32,000 nucleotides of DNA from Candidatus Saccharimonadota bacterium (GCA_042852035.1 BAAFHK010000002.1:1-32000); one strand, 5' to 3'; counted from the stretch's first letter, positions 1-10,872 are shown. Made by a program: numbers and translations. Notes: generated by a model not told the origin, from the sequence alone.

Positions 1-101
1 CGGATTCATGAAAAATAGATGCTTTGATTCATGCGAAAAAATCAAATGTTCCATCAAGTGCACCAGATCAATTTTTTATTGTTACAGCACTTAGTGAATA
101 A
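1..101 (+). CDS. 3' end of an unidentified CDS (partial, enters from the left edge)
   Basis: The frame is open from nt 3 to TAA at 99-101 if TGA at 9-11 is read as Gly. A hairpin terminator follows. Only 33 codons, with no recognisable motif. Confidence 0.3.
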
Positions 102-108
102 AATTACT

Positions 109-142
109 AAAAATACTTCCAACAAAATTGGAAGTATTTTTT
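109..142. terminator. Hairpin terminator (bidirectional shape)
   Basis: aaaatacttccaa / ttggaagtatttt form a perfect 13-bp stem with a 6-nt loop. The hairpin has an A-run on the left and a T-run on the right. Confidence 0.55.
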
Positions 143-225
143 GGTTTATGTAAAGTTGAGCGCACCTTATAGGATTCTATCCTTTTTTGATGAGAAAATC
201 ACTCTAATTTCTAGAAATTTATATT

Positions 226-257
226 AAAAATTTCCTTAAGTACTTAAGGAAATTTTT
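226..257 (-). terminator. Palindromic hairpin downstream of tRNA-Ser(UGA)
   Basis: Perfect 32-nt palindrome aaaaatttccttaagtacttaaggaaattttt, immediately 3' of the minus-strand tRNA. Confidence 0.55.
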
Positions 258-266
258 GTATTACAA

Positions 267-354
267 TGGCGGAGAGACAGGGATTCGAACCCTGGAAGGC
301 TTTCGCCTTGCCGGTTTTCAAGACCGGTGCATTCAACCGCTCTGCCATCTCTCC
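267..354 (-). tRNA. tRNA-Ser (anticodon UGA), encoded CCA
   Basis: The reverse complement reads GGAGAGA..CCGGT-CTTGAAA-ACCGG..long variable arm..CAGGG-TTCGAAT-CCCTG-TCTCTCC-G-CCA. It is 88 nt with a class II cloverleaf. Confidence 0.9.
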
Positions 355-425
355 AGATGTTTTTTTGAGCGCGAGAGGAGTATATATTGGGAATGCCTTT
401 TGTCAAAAAATTTTTCGAGAAATCC

Positions 426-1124
426 TTATTTTTCTCCGAAAAAATGCTCTGAAATTTCTTTCCTTCGATCTTCTGGATGAAACTTGAGCATACCATCAGA
501 AATGATAACTCCCCACGGATTTCCGAGCTTTGCATTTGTTTTTCGCGTTCGTGCTTCGAAGATAAAACAGCACAAAGCATTGAGGCTATCCAAAACACGG
601 TTTTCTTTTTGATTTCATAACACTTGTTTTAGGTCGGATATATTTTTCTGATACTGGGGAATATCCAGTTGTACCCATGGATTCGATGCCAGGAAACGAT
701 CATAGGTATAGTTTTTTGAATACATGGGTCGGAGGTAATATATCCAATAATAGAGGTAGATATCATTTTGTATGGCAATTTTTTCGAGATTCATTGCCTC
801 TGTTGTAAGGAAAAATGAGAGACAAAAATTCCCAGGAATATCTTTTCCCGAGCGACGAACTCAGAGTAGAGTGAGGATTATTGTCATAAGAATTCGTACG
901 AGCCAGAGTCGATTTTTTCCAGTGATCACAAAAAGATCAATATCAGAATCTGGATGGGTCGCGAGCATCGAGAGGGAATTCACTAGAGCAATCATTTCGA
1001 TCCCAGGAATCCAAGTGAGACGACGAATATATTTCTGAGCCCTTTCGAAGAGAATTTGTTCGTGCGCATTCGGATCATCTTTCCCACCGACGTATTCCTG
1101 AAAGGATTGTTTCCATGCTTTCAT
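426..1124 (-). CDS. Minimal (Pol-beta-type) nucleotidyltransferase domain protein
   Basis: Track ORF 861-1124 continues in frame through TGA at 861-863 and 615-617 to TAA at 426-428. The motif [20 protein letters not shown] matches the GS..(n)..DxD nucleotidyltransferase signature. Its start overlaps the ruvA stop by 1 nt. Confidence 0.6.
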
Positions 1125-1696
1125 TAGCTTGCGAGTTTACGGATAGCTTCGATCGTGCGTTTGTCGATCGGGAGTTCGGATGAGATTCATTGAATTACTT
1201 CTTCTACACGCGTTTTATCATATCCCATTTGTACCAGAGAGCTTATCAGGAGGGAATCGCTGTTATTTTTCATCGGTGTTTGAGGTGTTTTCTTGAAGTC
1301 GATAGAACCCTTGAGATCGACGATGATTTTTTGTGCCGTTTTTTTCCCGATTCCAGGAACAGAAGATATAACTCCATCGTCTTCGAACTGGATCGCACGA
1401 ACGATCGCATCGTGTCCCAGACCGAGGATATTGAGAGCGGTTTTCCCACCGACGCCACTCACTTTCAGGAGACTTCGGAAGAGCTCACGTTCTTCGGTAT
1501 TGATGAAACCAAAGAGAGTTTCCCCCATTTCGGTCATGTGATGATGGATAGAAATTTCGATCATTTGTCCAGAAATAGCACTCGAAAGAAGTCCGGGAGA
1601 AGAGAAAATCTCGAGTCCAAGTCCAGTTCCTTCAATGAGACAAACGAGGATGGGATGTTGCACGGACAGTACCGTACCGCGAATATAGGCAAACAT
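1124..1696 (-). CDS. ruvA: Holliday junction branch-migration complex subunit RuvA
   Basis: N-terminal OB-fold region, then two HhH motifs (LLKVSGVGGKTALNIL and SVPGIGKKTAQKII). The ORF reads through TGA at 1187-1189 to TAA at 1124-1126, which supplies domain III. Confidence 0.85.
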
Positions 1697-1751
1697 AGTG
1701 AAAAATTGATTGCATTATATAAAAACCCAGTAGAATCGCAACCATACTTTT

Positions 1752-2741
1752 ATGCAACGGATTCCTCTCGACATTCTCGTTCGACTGATTGATAATTTCT
1801 GAGATATTTGATTTGCTCTCGAATTGATCGTAGCTCTCGAATTCCAATTTCCAGGAATATTTCAGTTTCGGGTATTTACGAATGAGGTATCGCGTACGCG
1901 CGTGTTTTTTGCTCGGAATCAGCATCTCCTTCGATCGTACACCATTCATGATATGCTTGATTTTGAACCCAGTGAAGGAGCTCTTTGTATTCTTGCTTTG
2001 TTTCATGCTCCGATTCCGAAGTTTTCTGATGGGAAAAAACGATTGGTATTGCGGATAGACTATATCTCATTTGATCCTGCATGGATAGTTATGAATGGAC
2101 AGGAACATTTGTATTCTTCCGAAATCACTCAGATTATCGAACTCATCCCTTCGCCGTGTCCAAAAGGTGCTGGACTCATCTGTCATGATTTTCCTCATAT
2201 AACTCGTTCTGCATGGCTCGAATCCCTCGGTTTACCACAGGAATTCGCTGATAAAAAATGGATTTCTATTTTTTGCTATCCCGAAATATTCGCTCGAATA
2301 GATTTTGATTCTTTTCCAGAAGATGCCCTATGTTTTTGTCTTTGAATCAATCCTAAAAATATACCTTCACCCAATTGCATTGTGCTTCCATTTCTTGCGA
2401 TCGATCGGTATTATCTGTTACAAAAATTATCGGATTTCAATATTATTCGTGGAGAAGTGAGTTTTGTACAGGCACTTTTTTCGGGGAAGCCATTTCTCTG
2501 GGATATGTATAAAATGCAGGGCGGATGGAATGAGGAACAATCGAATCAATTTCTCGAATATTTCCATTTTTCGGCATCCTATAGAGAGTTCCATCAGAAA
2601 ATAAATGGAGAAAATAGGGGGCTAACATATGCAGATATATGTGTATCTGAACTGATTCCTTCGGGGCTTTTTTGAGATGATGGCAGGAATTTTACACAAA
2701 CCGTGAAAAATTATGTTGACAGTTTTCTTTTTTCCCTATAA
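1752..2741 (+). CDS. earP: EarP-like EF-P arginine rhamnosyltransferase (DUF2331 family)
   Basis: Three track ORFs fuse across TGA codons. The N-terminus DILVRLIDNF-G-DI-G-FALEL has both glycines encoded by TGA (1800-1802, 1809-1811). Other matching segments are LRIDYISFDPAW, ISIFCYPE and LPFLAIDRYYLLQKLSDFNIIRGEVSFVQALFSGKPFLWDMY, which parallel the Pseudomonas EarP blocks LNLEYLSAEEW, SLFAYE and NAVRGEDSFVRAQWAGRPLLWHIY. Confidence 0.8.
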
Positions 2742-2742
2742 T
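2716..2742 (+). promoter_or_regulatory. Sigma70-like promoter for the tRNA-Met/tRNA-fMet pair
   Basis: TTGACA (2716-2721), a 15-nt spacer, then TATAAT (2737-2742). It ends about 33 nt upstream of the first tRNA and is embedded in the earP 3' end. Confidence 0.5.
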
Positions 2743-2774
2743 CACGCTCAAACTTAATAGAGTTTGTGTCCCCT

Positions 2775-2851
2775 GCCAATGTAGCTCAGCTGGTTAGAGC
2801 ACAGGACTCATAACCCTGAGGTCGGCGGTTCGAGTCCGCCCATTGGCACCA
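2775..2851 (+). tRNA. tRNA with CAU anticodon, elongator type (Met, or Ile2 if lysidine-modified), encoded CCA
   Basis: GCCAATG acceptor pairs with CATTGGC. Anticodon loop is CTCATAA and the T-arm is GGCGG-TTCGAGT-CCGCC. G1:C72 and C11:G24 indicate a non-initiator. Confidence 0.9.
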
Positions 2852-2865
2852 TTCATACCATTTTC

Positions 2866-2940
2866 CGCGGAGTAGAGCAGTGGTAGCTCGCAAGGCTCAT
2901 AACCTTGAGGTCGTGTGTTCGATTCACACCTCCGCAACCA
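2866..2940 (+). tRNA. Initiator tRNA-fMet (CAU), encoded CCA
   Basis: C1 x A72 mismatch (CGCGGAG / CTCCGCA) and an A11:U24 pair are both bacterial initiator hallmarks. Anticodon loop is CTCATAA. Confidence 0.85.
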
Positions 2941-3003
2941 ACACTAAACAAAAAGTATAGATATACCTTCTTTGTTCCCTTTATTTTTTCACTTATTCTC
3001 CTT

Positions 3004-3282
3004 ATGCGTATCGCTCTTCTTAGTATCATTGCTGTAACTCTTCTTTCTTCATGTGGTATGCCTAAAGCTCCTGAGGCTCCAACAACTCCTGCTACTGGAA
3101 GTGTAGTTGAAGTTACTACTGGTGCTGTTGCTACTGGTACTGAAACTCCTGTAGTTGAAGTTACTACTGGTGCTGTTACTACTGGTACTACTGAAACTAG
3201 CGTTACTGGTGCTGTTGCTACTGGTACTACTGAAGTATCTACTGGAGTTGCCATTGAGTCTATGACTGCTACTGGGAAATAA
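3004..3282 (+). CDS. Small lipoprotein with Thr/Gly/Val-rich tandem repeats
   Basis: Signal peptide with a lipobox (MRIALLSIIAVTLLSS-C). The mature part is built of repeats such as VVEVTTGAVATGTETP. A terminator follows. Confidence 0.7.
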   Translation: MRIALLSIIAVTLLSSCGMPKAPEAPTTPATGSVVEVTTGAVATGTETPVVEVTTGAVTTGTTETSVTGAVATGTTEVSTGVAIESMTATGK

Positions 3283-3295
3283 TTAGTTTTTCTAT

Positions 3296-3327
3296 AAAAA
3301 AATCCTTCATTTCGAAGGGTTTTTTTA
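3296..3327 (+). terminator. Rho-independent terminator
   Basis: aatccttc / gaagggtt stem with loop atttc, followed by a T-run. Confidence 0.6.
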
Positions 3328-3393
3328 TTTGTTTTTTTTCGTATTTTCAGGTAGAATGCAAGGGAAATTATACCAGTATAACTCTTGTTTTCT

Positions 3394-6300
3394 ATGCTTC
3401 CAAATGCAGCGAATGATTCCGGACATCCTGAACAGGATGAAAACATAAAAGCACATAAGTCTACTCCTAATGTGCATGGTCTTTTAAAAGAAGCAATTCA
3501 GCAAGAATTCGGAGATCCCGTGAATCCAGAAAAGTTTGACACCTATAGGAAGGATAAAACGAAGATAAATGAACGTATTTTCCAGGGAATGCATGATCTC
3601 CGCCGTCAAAATATGGAAGACTGGGGTGACGTGACAGATGATCTCATACAACAGTATACAACAGAAACCCTCTTGAATGAAAAAGTGGCGAACATTGGAA
3701 AAAATCTGGTTATACGAAGAAAGCGAGCATTTGATCGAGTGGGTGAAGTTTTTCCCCAAATTTCTGATGAACGTGCCGATTGGGAAGCTATGGTACGAGT
3801 GTGACTCTCAGAAATGAATGAGCGTGAACTCGAGGCATTCATCCAAAAAACCCATCTTGTTCGGAAATTCATCCATCGTACGTTTCCGAATCTACAAAAT
3901 ACAACTCCATCCGAAAAACGAAACTTCGAACGTATATTTCATGACTGGAAAGATCGATTCCAAAATCCAGATGATCGAACTCGCGTAAAAAAGATTTTTC
4001 ATAATTATTCTGCGTATGGGCAAGTTCCTGATGCGGATGATATGAATTTCTTATTATCAGCGTACCATACCGAATCGATGAGTCGTAAGAAAGAGATTCT
4101 TTCAGCGATGGGAGTGGTGCTGAGCTTTCATGATGCTTATGACCTCGGATTGATCGATGATGATTTTCTCATCCAGTTTTCAGAAGAACAGTTCGGCTCT
4201 TCGTATGAGAAAATGGAGGAATTCGAGAAAAAGTCTCTGATTCGCTCCCTTTCAAAAAATGAATCACATGCTATTTCAGCAAAGGATTTTTCAGAACAGG
4301 GGATGGATAGGGTTTTCTCTGGAGAGGGGGTAAAGCGAAAGCTCCTCAATGAGTTGGTGCGTTCGATTGCACTCGATAGTCCCGAAGTACCTCGAAGTGA
4401 TGATATCGTATCACAAATTCGGGAACGAAAGCAGCGAGAAGCACTCGCTCGAGATAAAAATTCACCAGCATATGGAATAGAAGATGATTATGATCTCCAT
4501 GATGAATTCATAAATGAGATGATGCAGCGTCTCCAAAAATCGGATGGAACGAATCATGTTAAGAATCTAAAACGTCTCAAGGCAGTAGGTTCAGTGATTC
4601 GATTCGATGGAGTGGATGGAAATCCACAGTATATCCGTCTCGAGAAGGTGCAGGATACATCGGGTGGTCCACTGGAGGTAGATACGTCATATGGAGTTCA
4701 GCTCGAATGACTCTCCGTGACGAATGGATATATCCGAGATCATCAACACTTCCCCGTCACATATCAGAAATTCTATGAATTTCTCAAGGATAATCAGAAT
4801 GTCAATGTACTTTCATCCGATGAATTCGAGAATCTCCTGACGCTGGATGAGGTAAGTGCGGGGAAAGATGGGAAAATATTTGATGCGAGAAATGTAGATC
4901 AGGATCCAGTAACTGCTGAAAATATCCTCACAAAAATAAATCTCCTCGATCCAAGTGGTACGAAGTTCGGATTCGAAACGGGAACGTATTTTTCTGCGCC
5001 ATCTGAGGAGGCAAAAACGGGTATCAAGTCATCGAGTGATATCTGGAAAGTGCACAAAATCCATGGAGATACTCTCGATATTCAGAGTTCGACAGGAAAT
5101 ATAGAGACCAATATTCCTCTTCAGGACTTCTTTAATGTTATTGCTTCTTCTGGAACCTTTCGTCGAACCCATAAGTTGGTTGATGATGCTTCTATGATCG
5201 AGGCATTGACGGATTTTTGAGTTGCTCCCGGGGCGATGATAAAAGATGGGAAACTCGTTATGACCGAACATGGGCATGACGGACATGACAATGATACTAC
5301 TATTTCATGCTTTGCAAATAGTGAAAATAAAGAGGAACATATTCATATCGAGTTTTTCCGAGATGGGCTCGTTCGTTTCGGAGAGTATAAAAGTCCCGAT
5401 GAGCTCCAAAAAGTGAAAGAACACGTGAAGAAGAAGGGAATTAAGAATGGGATGTATTCCTGGAAGACGATGAGTTATGGAGCATTTGTCGAGTATCTCC
5501 AGAATCAGAAGAAACTCAAGGCTACCACCGAGCATGTACTTGTTCCAAATGCGAAACATGATCTTCATGGGGATCATCACCACGAGCATGCTCATACTGA
5601 TAAGAGTTTTCTGAAGCGTATCATGAAGTGGCAGAATCCTGCTTCGATTTGGAAGGGATTCGAGATGATTTTTCATAGTATTGAACATACGCTCGAAAAA
5701 GGGGCGAAACTCGATGCGGCTCGTTTTGCGATGGGAACGTCTCGATTTCTCGGTCTTCCAGATTCAGTCAATGCTCAGGTGTATTCGGATATTACTTCCG
5801 CAAGCAAGGAAATCATCGAAAAATATGAGAATAAGATATTTGGTCTCCCTGGTCCTGCGGGTCGAGAGAAATGTATCCACATTGTTCATAATAAGGATTC
5901 GCGTCCTGAAGAGGTAATGTCAGCAATTAACTATATGCTCAAAAGCTATGGTCACCTCTATGCTGAAGATATTCGCAAATATCAACCCATTGTGAATGAA
6001 CACAATATTAAAACTGCTGATAAGGGGTACTTTGCTTTCTTTGATGGCTTTGTATTGACCTCGAAACTGCCTGGTTCACTGATTTCTTGGCGTCAAAAGG
6101 CGTATAAGAAAGCTTTGGGTGAAATGGGTAATGATGAAATTCATGAAAATGAGCCAACAGAAGAACAGCTCTTGCATGCCTTATTTAAGTCCATTGATGG
6201 AAACTGGGATCAATATCCATATGCAGCGAGTGTGGTGAAGGCCTCAGGATGACCAAGTGGACTCGAAAAAAACTGGAAATTCGAAGGGTATAAAAATGCC

Positions 6301-7572
6301 TATGAAAAAGGAAAGGATCAGAGTAAGATGGTAAATGCGCAAGGACGCCTCAATAAATGAGTAGGATACTTTAATACGCATGAGATATATAAAGTAGTAG
6401 GTGCCATGGAGTCCGTAACTGCAAAAACAAAAGATCCTGCATTCCAGGCAATTCCATTTATCTGGGCGGTTGGTGGGTATTCACGATTTGCTTCCCATAC
6501 CGCCCTCCAAGAACTCAAGAAATATGCTGAAATTGGTTTCTCATTCCATGCATATTCATTTCTCCGAAATGAACAAAATAATACGATTTATCGCAATACG
6601 GTACGACTTGCTCTGGAGGATTTGAAATGAAAATGAAAAATCCCCGATCGTGCCATAGCCGAATTTGATTCTATCTGCAAGCGACTTGAGAGTGTAGAAG
6701 ATCCGAAAGTCACGGAATCAAAGTATAATAAAAAAGCGCCAGCAACGGCTCTGATGGAATTCTGGCAAAAATACCAAGGAGCAGGACTTCATGATATGCT
6801 CCAGTGACATAATGGTTGGCTTATCAAACAGGCAAAAGAAGGAAATAAAACGATTCGAGCCTATAATGAGGTACTTAATGGTGGTCATGCTATGCAATTG
6901 AATGATGGTAAAATACCAGGAAACGACCTTGGAAAAGATTGGTATGATGAGCATGGTCTCCGTATGAATCGCATATGGGAACAGGATACTAAGACAGGAT
7001 TGCGTTCCATGAAACGTATTCTGACGATGATTAATCTCGGACGAAGGACGGGGGACTTCGAGATGCAAAAGGAAATCCATGATAAACTCTGGATGGGTGT
7101 GATCGAGCAACTGCAGGCGAGTCGAGATATTGGTTATTTTGATGGTGATGAAGAGTTACAGAAGGCACAATTTCTCGCGTATAGAAATGAAATTCTTGAT
7201 CATTTTATAAAACAACTTAATCCATCAGGATCAGGAAGTGCTACTGCAGATTTAAATAAGCCATATCAATACTGGAAAGAATTACGAGATATAGGGATTG
7301 ATCCTCGATCTATATTTGATCCAGAATTCCGTCAAAGGAGTGCAGATTCTGATTATTTCTATTGGGTATGAAATGCTTGAGGATACCGTGCAAATTCCAC
7401 TCCTGTCGAGCAACTGCAAAAGTATTTTCAAAAAGAAGCTCATGTAAAAACGCAAGTACCACCTGCAAAAAATGATCCTATATGGACTGATCCTGACCTT
7501 GATCCTCGGTATCAAGGATGATCTGCAGATGCGAGTGATCAACCAGATCATCCAAATGATCATAATGATTAA
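3394..7572 (+). CDS. Giant hypothetical protein (1392 aa), no recognised domain
   Basis: Six track ORFs (3385, 3814, 4717, 5236, 6406, 6892) are all in one frame, joined by 11 in-frame TGA codons. The first TAA is at 7570-7572. There is no signal peptide. A His-rich patch (HDLHGDHHHEHAH) lies near residue 730. Confidence 0.75.
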
Positions 7573-7941
7573 TTATATCTCCACCCCTCTCTCATGCCAA
7601 AGACGATACCCAGTACCGTCTTTTTTTGGCATAATTCCGATAAAATCAATACGAATCATATCTTCACCAATATGATGTTTCGCAATATAGGTCATGACGG
7701 TTCGCCGCATCGCGCGACGTTTTGGCAGGGTAAACGTATCGAGAGGATGCGCATGAGATTCATCCGTTCGATATCGTACCTCGATAAAGATAGTAATATC
7801 ATCTTTCTGGGCGATAATATCGATCTCGCCACCAGGAATCGTATAATTCGTAGCAATAATTGCATAATCCTTTTCTTGGAGATATTTTAGGGCGATGAGT
7901 TCTCCATGATTTCCGATGTTTCGTCGTTCTGATTTGTTCAT
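7573..7941 (-). CDS. yraN: YraN-family (UPF0102) endonuclease-like protein
   Basis: GELIALKYLQEKDYAIIATNY..GGEIDIIAQKDD..IFIEVRYR matches the GE..A..yL...N.r...GEiDlia...vFvEVk.R pattern. Confidence 0.8.
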   Translation of the reverse strand: MNKSERRNIGNHGELIALKYLQEKDYAIIATNYTIPGGEIDIIAQKDDITIFIEVRYRTDESHAHPLDTFTLPKRRAMRRTVMTYIAKHHIGEDMIRIDFIGIMPKKDGTGYRLWHERGVEI

Positions 7942-8001
7942 GATATGAGAAAATAAAAAACGGAAGAAATGAGGTTCTGCCGTTTTTCCGAGAAAATTAT
8001 T

Positions 8002-8874
8002 TTATCCGAGTCGTTTCCTAAGGAATTCTATGAGCTGATCCCCGAGATCCTCTCGGGCGAGGGCATAGTCGATGGTTGCTTTCAGAAACCCGAACTTATC
8101 GCCTGTATCGTATCGAGTTCCTTCCATTTCGAGTCCATAAATCGGACTTTTTGTTACCATACGAGCAAAGGCATCGGCGAGACGAATTTCGCCATCTTTG
8201 CTCACTCCTTCACTATCCTCGAGAAGATAGTCGAATACTTCTGGAGTGATTACATACTTTCCGATGACTCCGAGACGCGATGGTGTTTCCGTCGGTTTTG
8301 GTTTTTCGAGAAACTTTGTAACCCGATGTAATCGATCATTCTCATCGATACCTTCGATAATTCCATACGATGAAACTCGTTTTTCGCTGACACGTTCGAG
8401 AGCGATAATGGGTGCATTTTTCTCTTCGAAAGCGGTGATCAATTGCTGGGCTCCTGACCGTTCCCCACGAATCAGATCATCTCCAAAAAGCACCAGACAC
8501 GGTTCATCTCCGATCAGCGTTCTTGCTCGCAGAAGAGCATCTCCATCTCCTCGTGGAATCGGCTGGCGAACATAGGCAATTCGTGCGAGATTCGATATTT
8601 TTTCTACTTCGGCGAGTTCTTTCGTCTTTCCTTTTTCCACGAGTGTTTGTTCGAGTTCGAAGGATTTATCGAAATGATCTTCGATACTTCTTTTTCCTCG
8701 TCCAGTAATAATGATAATATCAGTGATTCCTGCGGAAATTGCTTCTTCTACGAGGTATTGGATCACGGGTTTATCGACGATTGGAAGCATTTCTTTGGGT
8801 TGTGCTTTTGTCGCAGGGAGGAATCGAGTTCCAAATCCTGCAGCAGGAATAATACATTTTCGGATAACGGTCAT
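8002..8874 (-). CDS. galU: UTP--glucose-1-phosphate uridylyltransferase
   Basis: KCIIPAAGFGTRFLPATKAQPKEMLPIVDKPVIQYLVEEA is the classic GalU N-terminus, and the protein is full length at 290 aa. No in-frame TGA. Confidence 0.9.
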   Translation of the reverse strand: MTVIRKCIIPAAGFGTRFLPATKAQPKEMLPIVDKPVIQYLVEEAISAGITDIIIITGRGKRSIEDHFDKSFELEQTLVEKGKTKELAEVEKISNLARIAYVRQPIPRGDGDALLRARTLIGDEPCLVLFGDDLIRGERSGAQQLITAFEEKNAPIIALERVSEKRVSSYGIIEGIDENDRLHRVTKFLEKPKPTETPSRLGVIGKYVITPEVFDYLLEDSEGVSKDGEIRLADAFARMVTKSPIYGLEMEGTRYDTGDKFGFLKATIDYALAREDLGDQLIEFLRKRLG

Positions 8875-8880
8875 GAAAAA

Positions 8881-9582
8881 TTAGTTATGAGTAGGTTCGG
8901 ATGAGTTTGGAAGATTTCTCTCAGACATATATTTTCTCATTTCTGCCCTTTGTTTTACGGTGTCGATACAGATTTTTTTCGTCATTTCGTCACGAATAAC
9001 ATCACAATTTTCGCTGGTAGCCGTGTCCGAAGTATTAATAACTTCTAAGATACACTGATCCACTTCGTTATGTTGTACATACATCTTCGCCTCTCCAGAA
9101 TTTGTACCCTTTCCGAGAATATCAGACATCTGCTTGCAGGCCTCGACACTTTTTTTATTCATCGCATCACGGCGAATATATTGTGTTTTACAGTATACCT
9201 GAGAATCTCCAGAGAGGCTGTTACATAGATTCATATCTTTCTTATCTTCTGCGATCATGCTCACTACGGTCATGCGACAACTTTCGCGATTCGCAGGTTG
9301 TGAGAGTTCATTACAGATATTTTCTGATTTTTTTTCTTGAGCCATGCGCATCCCAACGCTGTTCTCACACATATTTACTGCAGGAGCCATACATTCACGA
9401 AATGCATCTGAATCTTTAATGAGGCTGGATGTATTTTTCAGAGCGGCTTCGTAGTCCATATTTTTCCCGAGAGGTCCATTTGTAGGAGTGCTTCCAGTAC
9501 TACTACTCTCCGTCTCAGGAGTACTTCCACAGCTCGAAAGGAGAATCATACTAAAACAGAGTATAAGAAGAAGAGATCGCAT
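8881..9582 (-). CDS. Cys-rich lipoprotein, function unknown
   Basis: Start chosen at MRSLLLILCFSMILLSS-C (lipobox). The mature part contains repeated C-x(n)-C segments (ECMAPAVNMC, ENICNEL..ESC, MNLCNSL..VYC, ENCDVIRDEMTKKIC). Confidence 0.65.
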   Translation of the reverse strand: MRSLLLILCFSMILLSSCGSTPETESSSTGSTPTNGPLGKNMDYEAALKNTSSLIKDSDAFRECMAPAVNMCENSVGMRMAQEKKSENICNELSQPANRESCRMTVVSMIAEDKKDMNLCNSLSGDSQVYCKTQYIRRDAMNKKSVEACKQMSDILGKGTNSGEAKMYVQHNEVDQCILEVINTSDTATSENCDVIRDEMTKKICIDTVKQRAEMRKYMSERNLPNSSEPTHN

Positions 9583-9662
9583 AAAATGGAAGGATAGTAA
9601 TAAGAATATCGGTATTATATAGATTTTGAATTTCGGGCAAATGGATTTGACTTGCGTTTTTA

Positions 9663-10819
9663 TTATTTTGTTCGAATATACATTCCATCTCAAAAACTAA
9701 AAAATCGATACCGTTTTTCAATAGCATGCCTATAGATACGTTTCATATTTTCTGTACCTATGAGAGCACTTACCAGTACGAGGAGTGATGATTCTGGAAG
9801 GTGGAAATTCGTAATGAGTTCATCGATAACCAAAAAGGGTTTCCCTGGAAAAATATAAATGGTTGTTTCGAAAAAGTAATGCTCGTTTTCGAGACGAATA
9901 GCATGAATATATTCAGGATTGGCATGTTCTTGAGTTTCATTCCAGAATGCCTGCGTCATGTCATCGAAGGTGTTTTTTTCCTCTTGGCTCAAATGTGCCC
10001 AAAGATGTGGAAGGGATTCGAGAGTTCGACAGGCGGTTGTCCCCACCGCTACCACTTTTTTCCCACTTTGCTTCATGGTTGTGATGGTTTCGAAGAGGGA
10101 TTTCTCGATTTCTATCGTTTCTCCATGAATCTGATATTCTCGAATGTCTGACACGTCGATTCCCTTAAATGTACCAAGTCCGACATGAAGGGTGACATAT
10201 TGTTTTTCATTTTTTATCCTGTCGAGCAATGCTTGCGTAAAGTGAAGGGATGCTGTTGGTGCAGCAACGGATCATTCTTTTTTGGCAAATACGGTCTGGT
10301 AGTCTTTTTCTTTCTCTTTGGTATATTCGATATACGGGGGGAGTGGGAGTTGTCCAAAATGCTCCATTAAGGACTCAATACTGATCTCATGAGCTTCCAG
10401 GATACGTCCCATGTCAGTCATGTCGACAACCTCAAGGTATCCGCTCGAAAGTGGATTTTTGTACCAATGCGAAATTTTGCTCCAGGCCGTACCAGGGCTT
10501 CAAATCGAGTAGAATCAATCTTTTTACAAAATAGAATCTCACCGTTGGAAATGCTTCCAAAACTTCCATTCAATCGTTCGATCGTTACTGATTCGAGTGG
10601 GATACGGGCTCGAAGAACACGTGAATCATTGAAAAATAAAACTCGATCTTTTTCGAGGAATTCATCTAAATGCCAAAATGTACTTTCTCATTCGATTTTA
10701 CCAGTGGCTCGATCAACGATCATAAGGCGAGCATCATGTGCGGGATGAATCGCTTCTTCCGCAATAAGATCAGGAGGAAGGAGATAGTCGTATGATGTAA
10801 GTTGGTGATGTACGTCCAT
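9663..10819 (-). CDS. queA: S-adenosylmethionine:tRNA ribosyltransferase-isomerase QueA, with an apparent 1-nt frameshift near 10441
   Basis: N-terminal half: YDYLLPPDLIAEEAIHPAHDARLMIVDR ... ALVRPGAKFRIGTKIHFRA. C-terminal half: GQLPLPPYI, KE-G-SVAAPTASLHFT and RFFSF-G-D. In-frame TGA = Gly at 10688, 10272 and 9690. The two halves are in different frames and switch at about 10439-10444. Confidence 0.8.
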
Positions 10820-10872
10820 GAGGCAGAACAAAAATAGGGATGCGGTGGCGAAGTATACATCAAATGGTATGT

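Noticed and set aside
267-354. tRNA with anticodon UGA as the UGA-decoding tRNA
   Set aside because: Anticodon UGA reads the UCA serine codon, and the tRNA has a Ser-type long variable arm. The UGA decoder would be a tRNA-Gly with anticodon UCA, which is not present in this window.
236-598. Track ORF on the minus strand (120 aa)
   Set aside because: It runs straight through the tRNA-Ser gene and its terminator, and it is out of frame with the nucleotidyltransferase CDS that occupies 426-1124.
3103-3240. Direct repeats as a possible CRISPR array
   Set aside because: The repeats are contiguous with no spacers, lie in frame inside a lipoprotein CDS, and no cas genes are nearby.
2853-3446. Track ORF on the minus strand (197 aa)
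   Set aside because: It is antisense to tRNA-fMet and to the repeat lipoprotein. Its Thr/Val/Pro-rich translation is a mirror artefact of the repeat.
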